DNA from: Actinomycetota bacterium
Lineage (GTDB): Bacteria; Actinomycetota; Geothermincolia; Geothermincolales; RBG-13-55-18
Assembly (NCBI GenBank): GCA_040757835.1
Contig: JBFLWJ010000006.1
Span: 66,512-130,511 of the forward strand
Reading direction: 5' to 3'
DNA: 64,000 bases
The notes beneath the pieces are model-generated. The model was not told the origin of the DNA. It saw nothing but the letters and a program-made list of their open reading frames with translations, and did no database searches. Below, one piece after another: positions 45,648 through 53,906 of the stretch (positions are counted from its first letter, which is position 1; the number at the start of each line of letters is the position of its first letter). Both the position numbers and the translations under genes were made by a program.

Positions 45648-46742
45648 ATGAAGGCGGCGGAAAGCACCAGGGTCACACGTTCCAGGGTCATCATCTGGCT
45701 GCCGTGCCTGCTCTCCTTCTGCCTCGCCATCGCGCTCATCATCTACGCGGTAATGGGGTGGGGAGGAGCAGCGAGCAGCAAGAGCAGCCCAGGGGCCCCT
45801 GACTATGCCGACCCCGGCAGTTTCACCGAACAGGAGGTGACGGTAGGGAACGGCGAGTGGTCCCTGCCGGGCACCCTGACCATGCCCGGGGGTGACGGGC
45901 CCTTCCCGGCCGTGGTGCTGGTGCACGGCTCGGGTCCCAACAACCGGGACGAGGGGGGCGACCTTATCGCTCCCTTCAGGGACCTGGCCTGGGGGCTCGC
46001 TTCGCGGGGGATAGCCGTCCTCCGTTACGACAAGCGGACCCTGGTCTACCAGGACGAGCTGGCCGCGCAGGGCGGGAAGATCACCGTCTGGGAGGAGACG
46101 GTGGATGACGCCGCGGCCGCCGTCGAGCTGCTCCTGCGGACGGAAGGCATTGACGCGGGCAACGTCTTCGTGCTCGGCCACAGCCTGGGCGGCATGCTCA
46201 TCCCGCGCATCGCCGGCGCCTCGCCGCGGGCCCGTGGGTTCGTCATCCTGGCGGGGGTCGCTCGCCCCTTCGAGGACCTGATCCTGGAACAGACCGAATA
46301 TATATTCTTCCTGGACGGGGAAATCACCCCGAACGAGCAGGCCTCTTTGGACCAGTTGCGTACCGCAGTGGACCTGGTGAAAAGCCCGGGGCTGTCGCCA
46401 TCCACCCCGGCGTCCGAGCTGCCCTTCAATACCTGGGGCGGCTACTGGCTGGACCTGCGCGGTTACGACCCGGCAGGGTCCGCCCGGAGCATCGACCGCC
46501 CAATCCTGGTGCTGCAGGGGGAGCGCGACTACCAGGTGACCATGGATGATTTCAGCCGCTGGGAGCAAGCCCTTTCCGGCATGCCCAACGTCGCGCTCAG
46601 GACCTACCCCGACCTCAACCACCTCTTCATCACGGGGACGGGCAAGAGCGTGCCCGCGGAGTACAACCAGCCGGGGCACGTCTCGCAAGAGGTCGTCGAC
46701 GACATCGCCTCCTTCGTAAAAGCCAACCTGGCGGGAGAATAG
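45648..46742 (+). CDS. Exported alpha/beta hydrolase (esterase)
   Basis: 'VHGSGPNNRD', GHSLG, QGERD, LNH. Confidence 0.88.
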   Translation: MKAAESTRVTRSRVIIWLPCLLSFCLAIALIIYAVMGWGGAASSKSSPGAPDYADPGSFTEQEVTVGNGEWSLPGTLTMPGGDGPFPAVVLVHGSGPNNRDEGGDLIAPFRDLAWGLASRGIAVLRYDKRTLVYQDELAAQGGKITVWEETVDDAAAAVELLLRTEGIDAGNVFVLGHSLGGMLIPRIAGASPRARGFVILAGVARPFEDLILEQTEYIFFLDGEITPNEQASLDQLRTAVDLVKSPGLSPSTPASELPFNTWGGYWLDLRGYDPAGSARSIDRPILVLQGERDYQVTMDDFSRWEQALSGMPNVALRTYPDLNHLFITGTGKSVPAEYNQPGHVSQEVVDDIASFVKANLAGE

Positions 46743-46844
46743 GCTTTCAGCTCACGCCGCGGGTGGACCCCCGGGCATCTTGTGCATGCAAGTTAATGGC
46801 GCGGCCTGCCGAGAATAACATGTAGTTATGGTTTCATCTCCAGG

Positions 46845-49800
46845 TTGCCCGTAGCGGCCCGGGAACAAGAGAGGAGCCCGATACCCTTGGCATCAAGACA
46901 CATCTTCAGCGTCGCCCTCACACGCGCCGCAATCGTGGCCGTTCTCCTGGCCGCAACCGTCCTGTCGCTGTTGGCGGTCCCCCGGCCAGAGCGTGCCGCA
47001 GCGGCAGTGCCCATCGACCGCAACCGCATCAAGCAGGTCATCTATCCCACCTTCGGGTACCCCCAGATATCCCGGTGCGGCGACCAGTTCACGCTGGAAT
47101 TCGACCCCCGCGACCAGGACTGGAGCCAGCCCCTCACAATCCTTGACGGATTCACCGTCTTCGCCAACGCCTCCAACACCCCTTATGCGGTGCACCGGCA
47201 GCTGCGCGTGGACTCCTTCAGCGTGGGCTACAGCGCCCGCTGGCCGGAGTACTCCCAGCAGGCGCAGCCCAAAGCGCTCCTGTACCTGGTGAGAGTGACC
47301 GTGCCCGGCAACGTGCCCTACGACCTCTACGACCTCACCGTCAACGGCCACAGGCCCGACGGGGGCTGGATCTCGGACTCCCAGCCCCACGCCCTGCAGG
47401 TTATCGAGGCGTTCAAGGACGATTTCAACCTCTGCCAGCTCACGGACATCCACGTATGGGGACCGGAGGCCCACTCCCCCGGCTCCAACGCCACCCACCA
47501 GAGGAACTACCGCCACGCCGACTATCGTGAGGAGGACGGTTACGGCGCGGAATACTACCACAAGGCCATCCAGCAGGTGAACCTGCAGAAGCCGGACGTA
47601 TGCATCTTCACCGGAGATTTCGATTTCTCCCAGAAGTGGCTCTATGAGCATGACTACGCCGCCATCGCCGCCTACGCGAACACCCCCTGGAACGGCTACT
47701 ACTACGAGCCGTGGTTCGAGATGGACTGGTTCTACGAGGAGACCTTGAAGCTGGACGTGCCGGTGTTCATCCTCCCCGGCAACCACGATGGTTACGCCCG
47801 CTACAACCTCGACAACTCCCGGCTGGAGGAGGACTACCTGACCTCGTGGAGAGACCTCTTCGGGCCGCAGTACTTCTCCTTCAACTACGGCCCCGACTAT
47901 CATTTCACGGCGCTCAATACCATGGACTGGACCTCCAGCCAGCGCAACCTGCACTGGTTGATACCCGACGAGATGCTGCGGCCGGGGAAGTGGCAGGGGC
48001 AACTGCGGGGCGGGGGGGACGCGTTCCAGGCCGGCTGGTCCCAGGCACGCGAGGACGCCATCGACTTGAGCAAGCTCACCGGGCAGCTGGCCTGGGCCCG
48101 GGACGACCTCGCCGCCCACACCGGCGCCAAGATGCGCACCATCGCCCAGCACCACGACCCCTGGAAAACGGCCGGCTCCGGCTCCATGTTCGACGACGCC
48201 GACATGTTCGGCATCAGGCTGGGGGGCCGCGGGGAGGGGCGGCTGGCGGCGATCAAGCTGGCCCGTACCTACGACGTGAGCCTGGTCATCAGCGGCCACG
48301 ACCACTCCGACTCTTATGGCAGCATACCCTGGGCCGCGGGCGGGGGCGAGGTGAAATACGTCAACACCACCTGCACCATGTTCCAGGACGCCCCGAATAT
48401 CCTGGACCCCAAGTGGGACAAGATGTGGGTCTACCCCGGCTACCGCACCATCCATGTGAGCAACGGCAACGTGGTCAACTTCTATTACAAGCTGGCAGGC
48501 GACCAGAACGGCAACCCCCTGCAGTACTCCTGGCCCTTTTACGCCGGGACCAACGTGGGGGGGGAGAGCAACTTCAACAACATGATCGATGCTGAGGTCA
48601 GCCACGTATGGGACCCGGTCCCCGGGGAAGCCGAGGACGTCACCTGCACCATCACCAACCACCTCTGCGGCTACGAGGTGGTGCCGGGCGGGGAATGGAG
48701 CGGCGACCTGCGCGGCGCCTTCCTGGAGTTCCCCATGCCCTACCTCAGCGGCGGTTATTACTACACCGTGACGGGCGGCGGCTTCGGCGAGGTCTACGAC
48801 AGCGACAGCCCCGGCTCCCACCGCATCTGCCAGGTCTACACCGACGTGGGCCATGCTCCCGACGAGAGCACCCCCACGGTCAAAGACGTCTCCGTGGAAA
48901 AGAGCGCCGCGCCGGACACCCAGGCGCCCGCCTGCACCACGTTCCAGATCGACGGCGGGGCCGCCAGCACCGATGTCGCCCAGGTCACCCTCGGCAACGA
49001 CGCGGTGGACCCCGGCGGCGCGGGGCTCATGGACATGATGGTCTCCAACGACGACCCCACCTTCACCGGCTGCGTCTGGCAGCGCTACGAGGCCTCCGTG
49101 TCCTGGACGCTGCAGCGCCTGGGCGGCCTGCGCACCGTATATATCAAGTTCCGCGACGCCGCCATGCCCGGCAACGTCTCCCCCACCTACGCGGCGAGCA
49201 TCACCCTGGTGGGCTCCGCACCGCAGATAACCTCGGTGGACCCTTCGCCCGCCCACACGGGGGATACGGTGACCGTGAGCGGCTCTGATTTCGGCGCCCC
49301 CCGGACCCTCCACGATAACGTCTTTTTCAACGGCGTGGCGGCGGAGGTGACGTCGTGGACAGATACCGCCATCGCGTGCGCGGTGCCCCACAGCGCGGTC
49401 ACCGGGAACATCAGCGTGGCCAACGACGCGGGCAGCGCTTCGTCCGCTTTCCACGTGCTCCCCAGGATAGATTCCGTAACGCCCGATTGGGGCTACAATA
49501 ACGGCTTCGTGGACATCGGCGACCTGGAGGGGAGCGGGTTCTACGCCAGCGGGGCTCACCCCGTGGTTACCCTGACCAACGGCACGGACGTGATCTCGGC
49601 TACCGGCGTGAGCGTGGACTCGTTCCACACGATCAGTTGCCGCTTCGACCTGCGCGGCGCCGACGCCGGCTTCTACTCGCTTACGGTCCAGAACGCGGAT
49701 GGCGGCAGCGACACCCTGCACGGCGGCTTCACCGTCGACTTCCCGCCTCCCACCGTCACCGGCATCACGCCCAACTGGTGCACCAACACCGGTCCCATCA

Positions 49801-51320
49801 CCATCGAAGATATCGCGGGAGCGCATTTCCGGAGCGGGGCTGCGGTGGAGCTGAGGCGGGAGGGTGCGGTCATCGACGCCACCGGAGTGGACGTCGTCTC
49901 GCCGCAGAAGATCACTTGCGACGTCGACCTCAGCGGCGCGGCCCTGGGAGCATGGGACGTGGTGGTTATCAATCCCGATCTCGAGGAAGGTGTCCTTACC
50001 GGCGGCTTCACCGTCTCCAATCCCACCTTCTATTTCGCGGAGGGGACCTGCCGGCCCGATTTCGAGCCTTACCTGTGCATCCAGAACCCGGGGGAATCCG
50101 AGGCCGAGGTGGAGATCACCTACATGAAGGGTAATGGCACCACCGTGGTGCAGAATATCAATGTGAGCGCGCGCACCCGCACCACCGTGGTGCCCCGCAG
50201 CGAGCTGGGGACGGGTGACGATGCCGCGCACGACTTCTCCATGAAGGTGGAGTGCACCAACGGCCGGTCCATCGTGGCCGAACGCCCCATGTACTTCAAC
50301 TACGGCGGGGTATGGACGGGCGGGCACGACGTCATGGGCATCCCCGCGCCCCGGACCGCCTTCTATTTCGCCGAGGGGACCTGCCGCCCCGACTTCGCGC
50401 CTTACCTCTGCATCCAGAACCCAGGGGACGCACAGGCCGCGGTGAAGATAACCTATTTGAAGGGGGACGGCACCCAGGACACCCAGGAGGTGAGCGTAGC
50501 CGCCAACTCCCGCCTCACCGTCGACCCCCGCAGCGAGCTGGGGACGGGTGACGATGCCGCGCACGACTTCTCCATGAAGGTGGAGTGCACCAACGGCCGG
50601 TCCATCGTGGCCGAACGCCCCATGTACTTCAACTACGGCGGGGTATGGACGGGCGGGCACGACGTCATGGGCATCCCCGCTCCCCGGACCGCCTTCTATT
50701 TCGCCGAGGGATATACCGGACAAGGCTTCGATGAGTACCTCTGCCTGGCTAACCCGGGGCAGCAGGCGGCCAATGCCCATATAGCCTATATGTTCAACGA
50801 CGGCGGCACGCAGGAGCAGGACGTGGCCATCGCTCCCGCCTCCCGCACCACCGTGTCCGTCAACACCGTGGTAGGTCCCGACCGCGAGGTGTCTGTCGAG
50901 GTCACATCAGATGCGCCCATCGTGGCCGAACGTCCCATGTACTTCGACTACCGCGGTATGTGGACAGGAGGGCACTGCGTGGTCGGCGCGGCCGCTCCCG
51001 CAGGGGAATGGCTCTTCGCGGAGGGTTACACCGGCACGGGTTTCGAGGAGTGGCTGTGCCTGTATAACCCCGGCGACGCGCCGTCCAACGTCACGGTGAC
51101 CTACATGCCCCAGGGCGGGGAGGCCTTCACCCGCGACCACATGGTGCCGGCACGCAGCCGCTACACCATCGCGGTCAACCAGGACGCCGGCAGTGACCTG
51201 CAGCTGTCCTGCGGGGTAAGGGTGAGCAGCGGCCCGCCCATCATCGCCGAGCGCCCCATGTACTTCGACTACAACGGTGCCTGGACGGGAGGGCACGACG
51301 TCGTGGGCTTCCGGCCCTGA
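46845..51320 (+). CDS. Secreted calcineurin-like metallophosphoesterase with IPT/TIG and four DUF5719-like repeats
   Basis: DIH, GDFD, GNHD, GHDH motifs; IPT motif 'SWTDTAIACAVP'; four 'FAEG..CIQNPG..IVAERPMYF..WTGGH' units; exact start uncertain. Confidence 0.82.
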   Translation: MPVAAREQERSPIPLASRHIFSVALTRAAIVAVLLAATVLSLLAVPRPERAAAAVPIDRNRIKQVIYPTFGYPQISRCGDQFTLEFDPRDQDWSQPLTILDGFTVFANASNTPYAVHRQLRVDSFSVGYSARWPEYSQQAQPKALLYLVRVTVPGNVPYDLYDLTVNGHRPDGGWISDSQPHALQVIEAFKDDFNLCQLTDIHVWGPEAHSPGSNATHQRNYRHADYREEDGYGAEYYHKAIQQVNLQKPDVCIFTGDFDFSQKWLYEHDYAAIAAYANTPWNGYYYEPWFEMDWFYEETLKLDVPVFILPGNHDGYARYNLDNSRLEEDYLTSWRDLFGPQYFSFNYGPDYHFTALNTMDWTSSQRNLHWLIPDEMLRPGKWQGQLRGGGDAFQAGWSQAREDAIDLSKLTGQLAWARDDLAAHTGAKMRTIAQHHDPWKTAGSGSMFDDADMFGIRLGGRGEGRLAAIKLARTYDVSLVISGHDHSDSYGSIPWAAGGGEVKYVNTTCTMFQDAPNILDPKWDKMWVYPGYRTIHVSNGNVVNFYYKLAGDQNGNPLQYSWPFYAGTNVGGESNFNNMIDAEVSHVWDPVPGEAEDVTCTITNHLCGYEVVPGGEWSGDLRGAFLEFPMPYLSGGYYYTVTGGGFGEVYDSDSPGSHRICQVYTDVGHAPDESTPTVKDVSVEKSAAPDTQAPACTTFQIDGGAASTDVAQVTLGNDAVDPGGAGLMDMMVSNDDPTFTGCVWQRYEASVSWTLQRLGGLRTVYIKFRDAAMPGNVSPTYAASITLVGSAPQITSVDPSPAHTGDTVTVSGSDFGAPRTLHDNVFFNGVAAEVTSWTDTAIACAVPHSAVTGNISVANDAGSASSAFHVLPRIDSVTPDWGYNNGFVDIGDLEGSGFYASGAHPVVTLTNGTDVISATGVSVDSFHTISCRFDLRGADAGFYSLTVQNADGGSDTLHGGFTVDFPPPTVTGITPNWCTNTGPITIEDIAGAHFRSGAAVELRREGAVIDATGVDVVSPQKITCDVDLSGAALGAWDVVVINPDLEEGVLTGGFTVSNPTFYFAEGTCRPDFEPYLCIQNPGESEAEVEITYMKGNGTTVVQNINVSARTRTTVVPRSELGTGDDAAHDFSMKVECTNGRSIVAERPMYFNYGGVWTGGHDVMGIPAPRTAFYFAEGTCRPDFAPYLCIQNPGDAQAAVKITYLKGDGTQDTQEVSVAANSRLTVDPRSELGTGDDAAHDFSMKVECTNGRSIVAERPMYFNYGGVWTGGHDVMGIPAPRTAFYFAEGYTGQGFDEYLCLANPGQQAANAHIAYMFNDGGTQEQDVAIAPASRTTVSVNTVVGPDREVSVEVTSDAPIVAERPMYFDYRGMWTGGHCVVGAAAPAGEWLFAEGYTGTGFEEWLCLYNPGDAPSNVTVTYMPQGGEAFTRDHMVPARSRYTIAVNQDAGSDLQLSCGVRVSSGPPIIAERPMYFDYNGAWTGGHDVVGFRP
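50193..50680 (+). repeat. Intragenic direct repeat: 155 bp identical at a 333-bp offset
   Basis: 50193-50347 is identical to 50526-50680. Confidence 0.85.
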
Positions 51321-51391
51321 GCGGTCAAGGCATGCATCGGGGAATTCCTATAGAATATACTGCGTTGCGCAACAACGTCAGGGAGGTGAAT

Positions 51392-52483
51392 ATGTCCGAG
51401 AAGGTCTGGATGAAAGCGGCCACGGCCATGAACAATGCCGGGCCGGTGCCCATGCCCATAACCGACACCCTGCTCGAGCTGCTGCGGACCATCATGGACG
51501 AGGAGGAGGCCTCCTTTATCACCATCTTCGACAAGCCCTCGTTGAACATGGAGGAGATAAAGGAGCGCCGCGGCCTGGATGGCGCGTCCCTCGACGCCAT
51601 GCTGGACGGGCTGTTGCACAAGGGGGTCCTCATGGTCACCACCAGCCGCAGCACGGGGATCGACGTCTATACCCTCATGCCGCCCTTCCCCGGCCTCTTC
51701 GAGCTGACCATGGTGCGGGGGGGGACGGGCGAGAAAGAAAAGAAGCTCGCGGTCCTCTTCGAGAAGCTGTTCGAGGAACTCTCGCGGATGATCCAGGCCA
51801 ATTACGACAGCGTCATGGAAGTGATGAAGGTCGTGCCCCCGTTGACGCGCGTGGTCCCCGTCGAGTGCGAGGTAGACGTGAAGCAGGACAGCGTCCTGCC
51901 CTACGAGGACGCCATGAAGATCGTTGACCAGTTCGACACCTTCGCCGTCAGCTACTGCTACTGCCGCCACCACAAGGACCTCCTCGGCAAGCCGTGCGAG
52001 GTGACGGACGAAAAGGTCAACTGCCTCACCTTCGGTCGCTCGGCCCGGTTCATGATCGACTACGATTTCGGGAAGGAGATCACGAGGGAGGAGACCAAGA
52101 GGATCCTCAGGGAGTGTGAGGAGGCGGGCCTGGTGCACAAGTTCTTCCACGAGAAGAACGACCTGGAGCGCAAAGAGTTCGCCATCTGCAACTGCTGCAA
52201 GTGCTGTTGCGGCACCTTCGAGCTTTTCTACCGGGGCGCCATCCCCATGCAGACCTACACTTCGTACAGGGCCACGGTGGACGGTGAGGTGTGCAACGCC
52301 TGCGAGGTGTGCGTGGACATGTGCCCCATGGAGGCCATCGAGTTGACCGGCGACGTCGCGAGCGTGGACGACGCCAGGTGCATCGGGTGCGGCGTCTGCG
52401 CCTATCACTGCGCCAGCACGGCCATCACCCTGGAGCGGACCGGCATGCGGGACGTCTTCGTGCCCCCGCCGCGCTTGGTATAG
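51392..52483 (+). CDS. 4Fe-4S binding protein (wHTH-like N-terminus, Cys-rich centre, C-terminal ferredoxin)
   Basis: YCYCRH, ICNCCKCCC, CNACEVCVDMC, CIGCGVCAYHC; RBS GGAGGT. Confidence 0.82.
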   Translation: MSEKVWMKAATAMNNAGPVPMPITDTLLELLRTIMDEEEASFITIFDKPSLNMEEIKERRGLDGASLDAMLDGLLHKGVLMVTTSRSTGIDVYTLMPPFPGLFELTMVRGGTGEKEKKLAVLFEKLFEELSRMIQANYDSVMEVMKVVPPLTRVVPVECEVDVKQDSVLPYEDAMKIVDQFDTFAVSYCYCRHHKDLLGKPCEVTDEKVNCLTFGRSARFMIDYDFGKEITREETKRILRECEEAGLVHKFFHEKNDLERKEFAICNCCKCCCGTFELFYRGAIPMQTYTSYRATVDGEVCNACEVCVDMCPMEAIELTGDVASVDDARCIGCGVCAYHCASTAITLERTGMRDVFVPPPRLV

Positions 52484-52644
52484 GATTTCATGTCCTTAGC
52501 CGCTGGGTCCAGACGCGCTATCGCTTTTTCCGAGGGATACCGGCCAGTCTGAAACGTGGGGGCGCAATTGACGCGTCGAGGCCCACGATCCCGGGGTGAA
52601 GCGGCGCCTTGAACACCCGGTGGCGGAAGAGCGCGGCAGGCCCG

Positions 52645-53724
52645 CTACTCATACTTCTTCAGATCTTTTTTAGCCCGCTTGATGAACCTGCCGAAATCGC
52701 GGTCCTTCCTCCTCTTCTCCAGGCTGGTCATCTCGTAGTACTCCGCTTCCCTGGACAGTTTGAGGTAGTTCTCATACATGTCCCCGTCGAGCTCACCCCG
52801 GGTGATGGCCTCCCTCACCGCGCACCCCGGCTCGTGGACATGGGTACAGTCGGCGAACCTGCAATCTCTCCCCCGCATAGTTATCTCCGAGAACGCACCC
52901 TCGATGCCAGCCTGCGCGTCCGTCATCCCTATCTCCCGCACTCCCGGGTTGTCGATGAGGATGCCCCCGCCCGCGAGGAAATACATCTGCCTCACCGTGG
53001 TGGTATGTTTGCCTTTGCCTGTCCTCGCACTGACGGCGTCGGTCCTTATGGCGTCTTCCCCCAGCAGCCGGTTGATGAGCGTGGACTTACCCACCCCGGA
53101 CGGCCCCAGCAGGCAGCACGTAGTCCCCCTGCTGACGAGCGCCGCCATCTCGCCCGGGCCGTTTTCCAGAACGGCGCTGGTCTTGATGATGTCCGTGCCC
53201 CTGAACCTCTCCCGCAGCCTGGATACCATCGCTTCCACTTCCGCTTCCGCTATAAGATCGACCTTGTTGAGGACGACGACCGGCCTGATGCCCCCGTCGC
53301 GGGCCAGGGCCAGGTACCTCTCGGCGCGGTTCATGCTGAAGCCGCCGCCCGTGGCTTCGACGACGAAGGCGATGTCGATATTGGCGGCGATCACCTGGGT
53401 TTCCTGCCGGCCGCTGTACTTCCGCTCGAGCACGGTCTTCCTGGGCAGCACGCCGTGGATGACGGCCCTGCCACCGCCGGTGTCGGTCAACGCGACCCAG
53501 TCTCCCACCGCCGGGTAGTCCTCCCTCGCGCGCGCCTCGTGCATCCACCTCCCGGTCACGGTGGCAAGGTACTCCCCGTGCGTGTCCCTCACGCCGTACG
53601 CGCCCTTGTGCTCGGCGGTGACCCGCGCCAGTGCGTAGCCGTCCAGCCCCTGCTCTTCGCGGCCGGACTCGAAGAAGGCATTATAACCCAGGTCCTCGAG
53701 GTCGATCTCTCCCGCACCTTTCAC
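52645..53724 (-). CDS. rsgA: Ribosome small subunit-dependent GTPase A
   Basis: NKVD, GPSGVGKST, HTT, DNPG, CRFADCTHVHEPGC. Confidence 0.93.
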   Translation of the reverse strand: MKGAGEIDLEDLGYNAFFESGREEQGLDGYALARVTAEHKGAYGVRDTHGEYLATVTGRWMHEARAREDYPAVGDWVALTDTGGGRAVIHGVLPRKTVLERKYSGRQETQVIAANIDIAFVVEATGGGFSMNRAERYLALARDGGIRPVVVLNKVDLIAEAEVEAMVSRLRERFRGTDIIKTSAVLENGPGEMAALVSRGTTCCLLGPSGVGKSTLINRLLGEDAIRTDAVSARTGKGKHTTTVRQMYFLAGGGILIDNPGVREIGMTDAQAGIEGAFSEITMRGRDCRFADCTHVHEPGCAVREAITRGELDGDMYENYLKLSREAEYYEMTSLEKRRKDRDFGRFIKRAKKDLKKYE

Positions 53725-53906
53725 TAGCGATCTCCAGATAGTCGTTATTATCCCAATTCTAGGTATTTACTAGCGAAGAGGTCTAGAGACCTGCCTCGAA
53801 GGGAGCGCCACGAGAGAACCTTTCGAGCATACTGCTCCCAGCTGAATTGCGGCATCCATATAAGGTTTACCGGACCCTTATCGCTAAATCCGGCCTGATG
53901 GCAGGT

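Noticed and set aside
46893-50780. 1295-aa minus-strand ORF
   Set aside because: Antisense shadow of the DUF5719 phosphoesterase; high GC3 suppresses stops on the opposite strand; no motifs.
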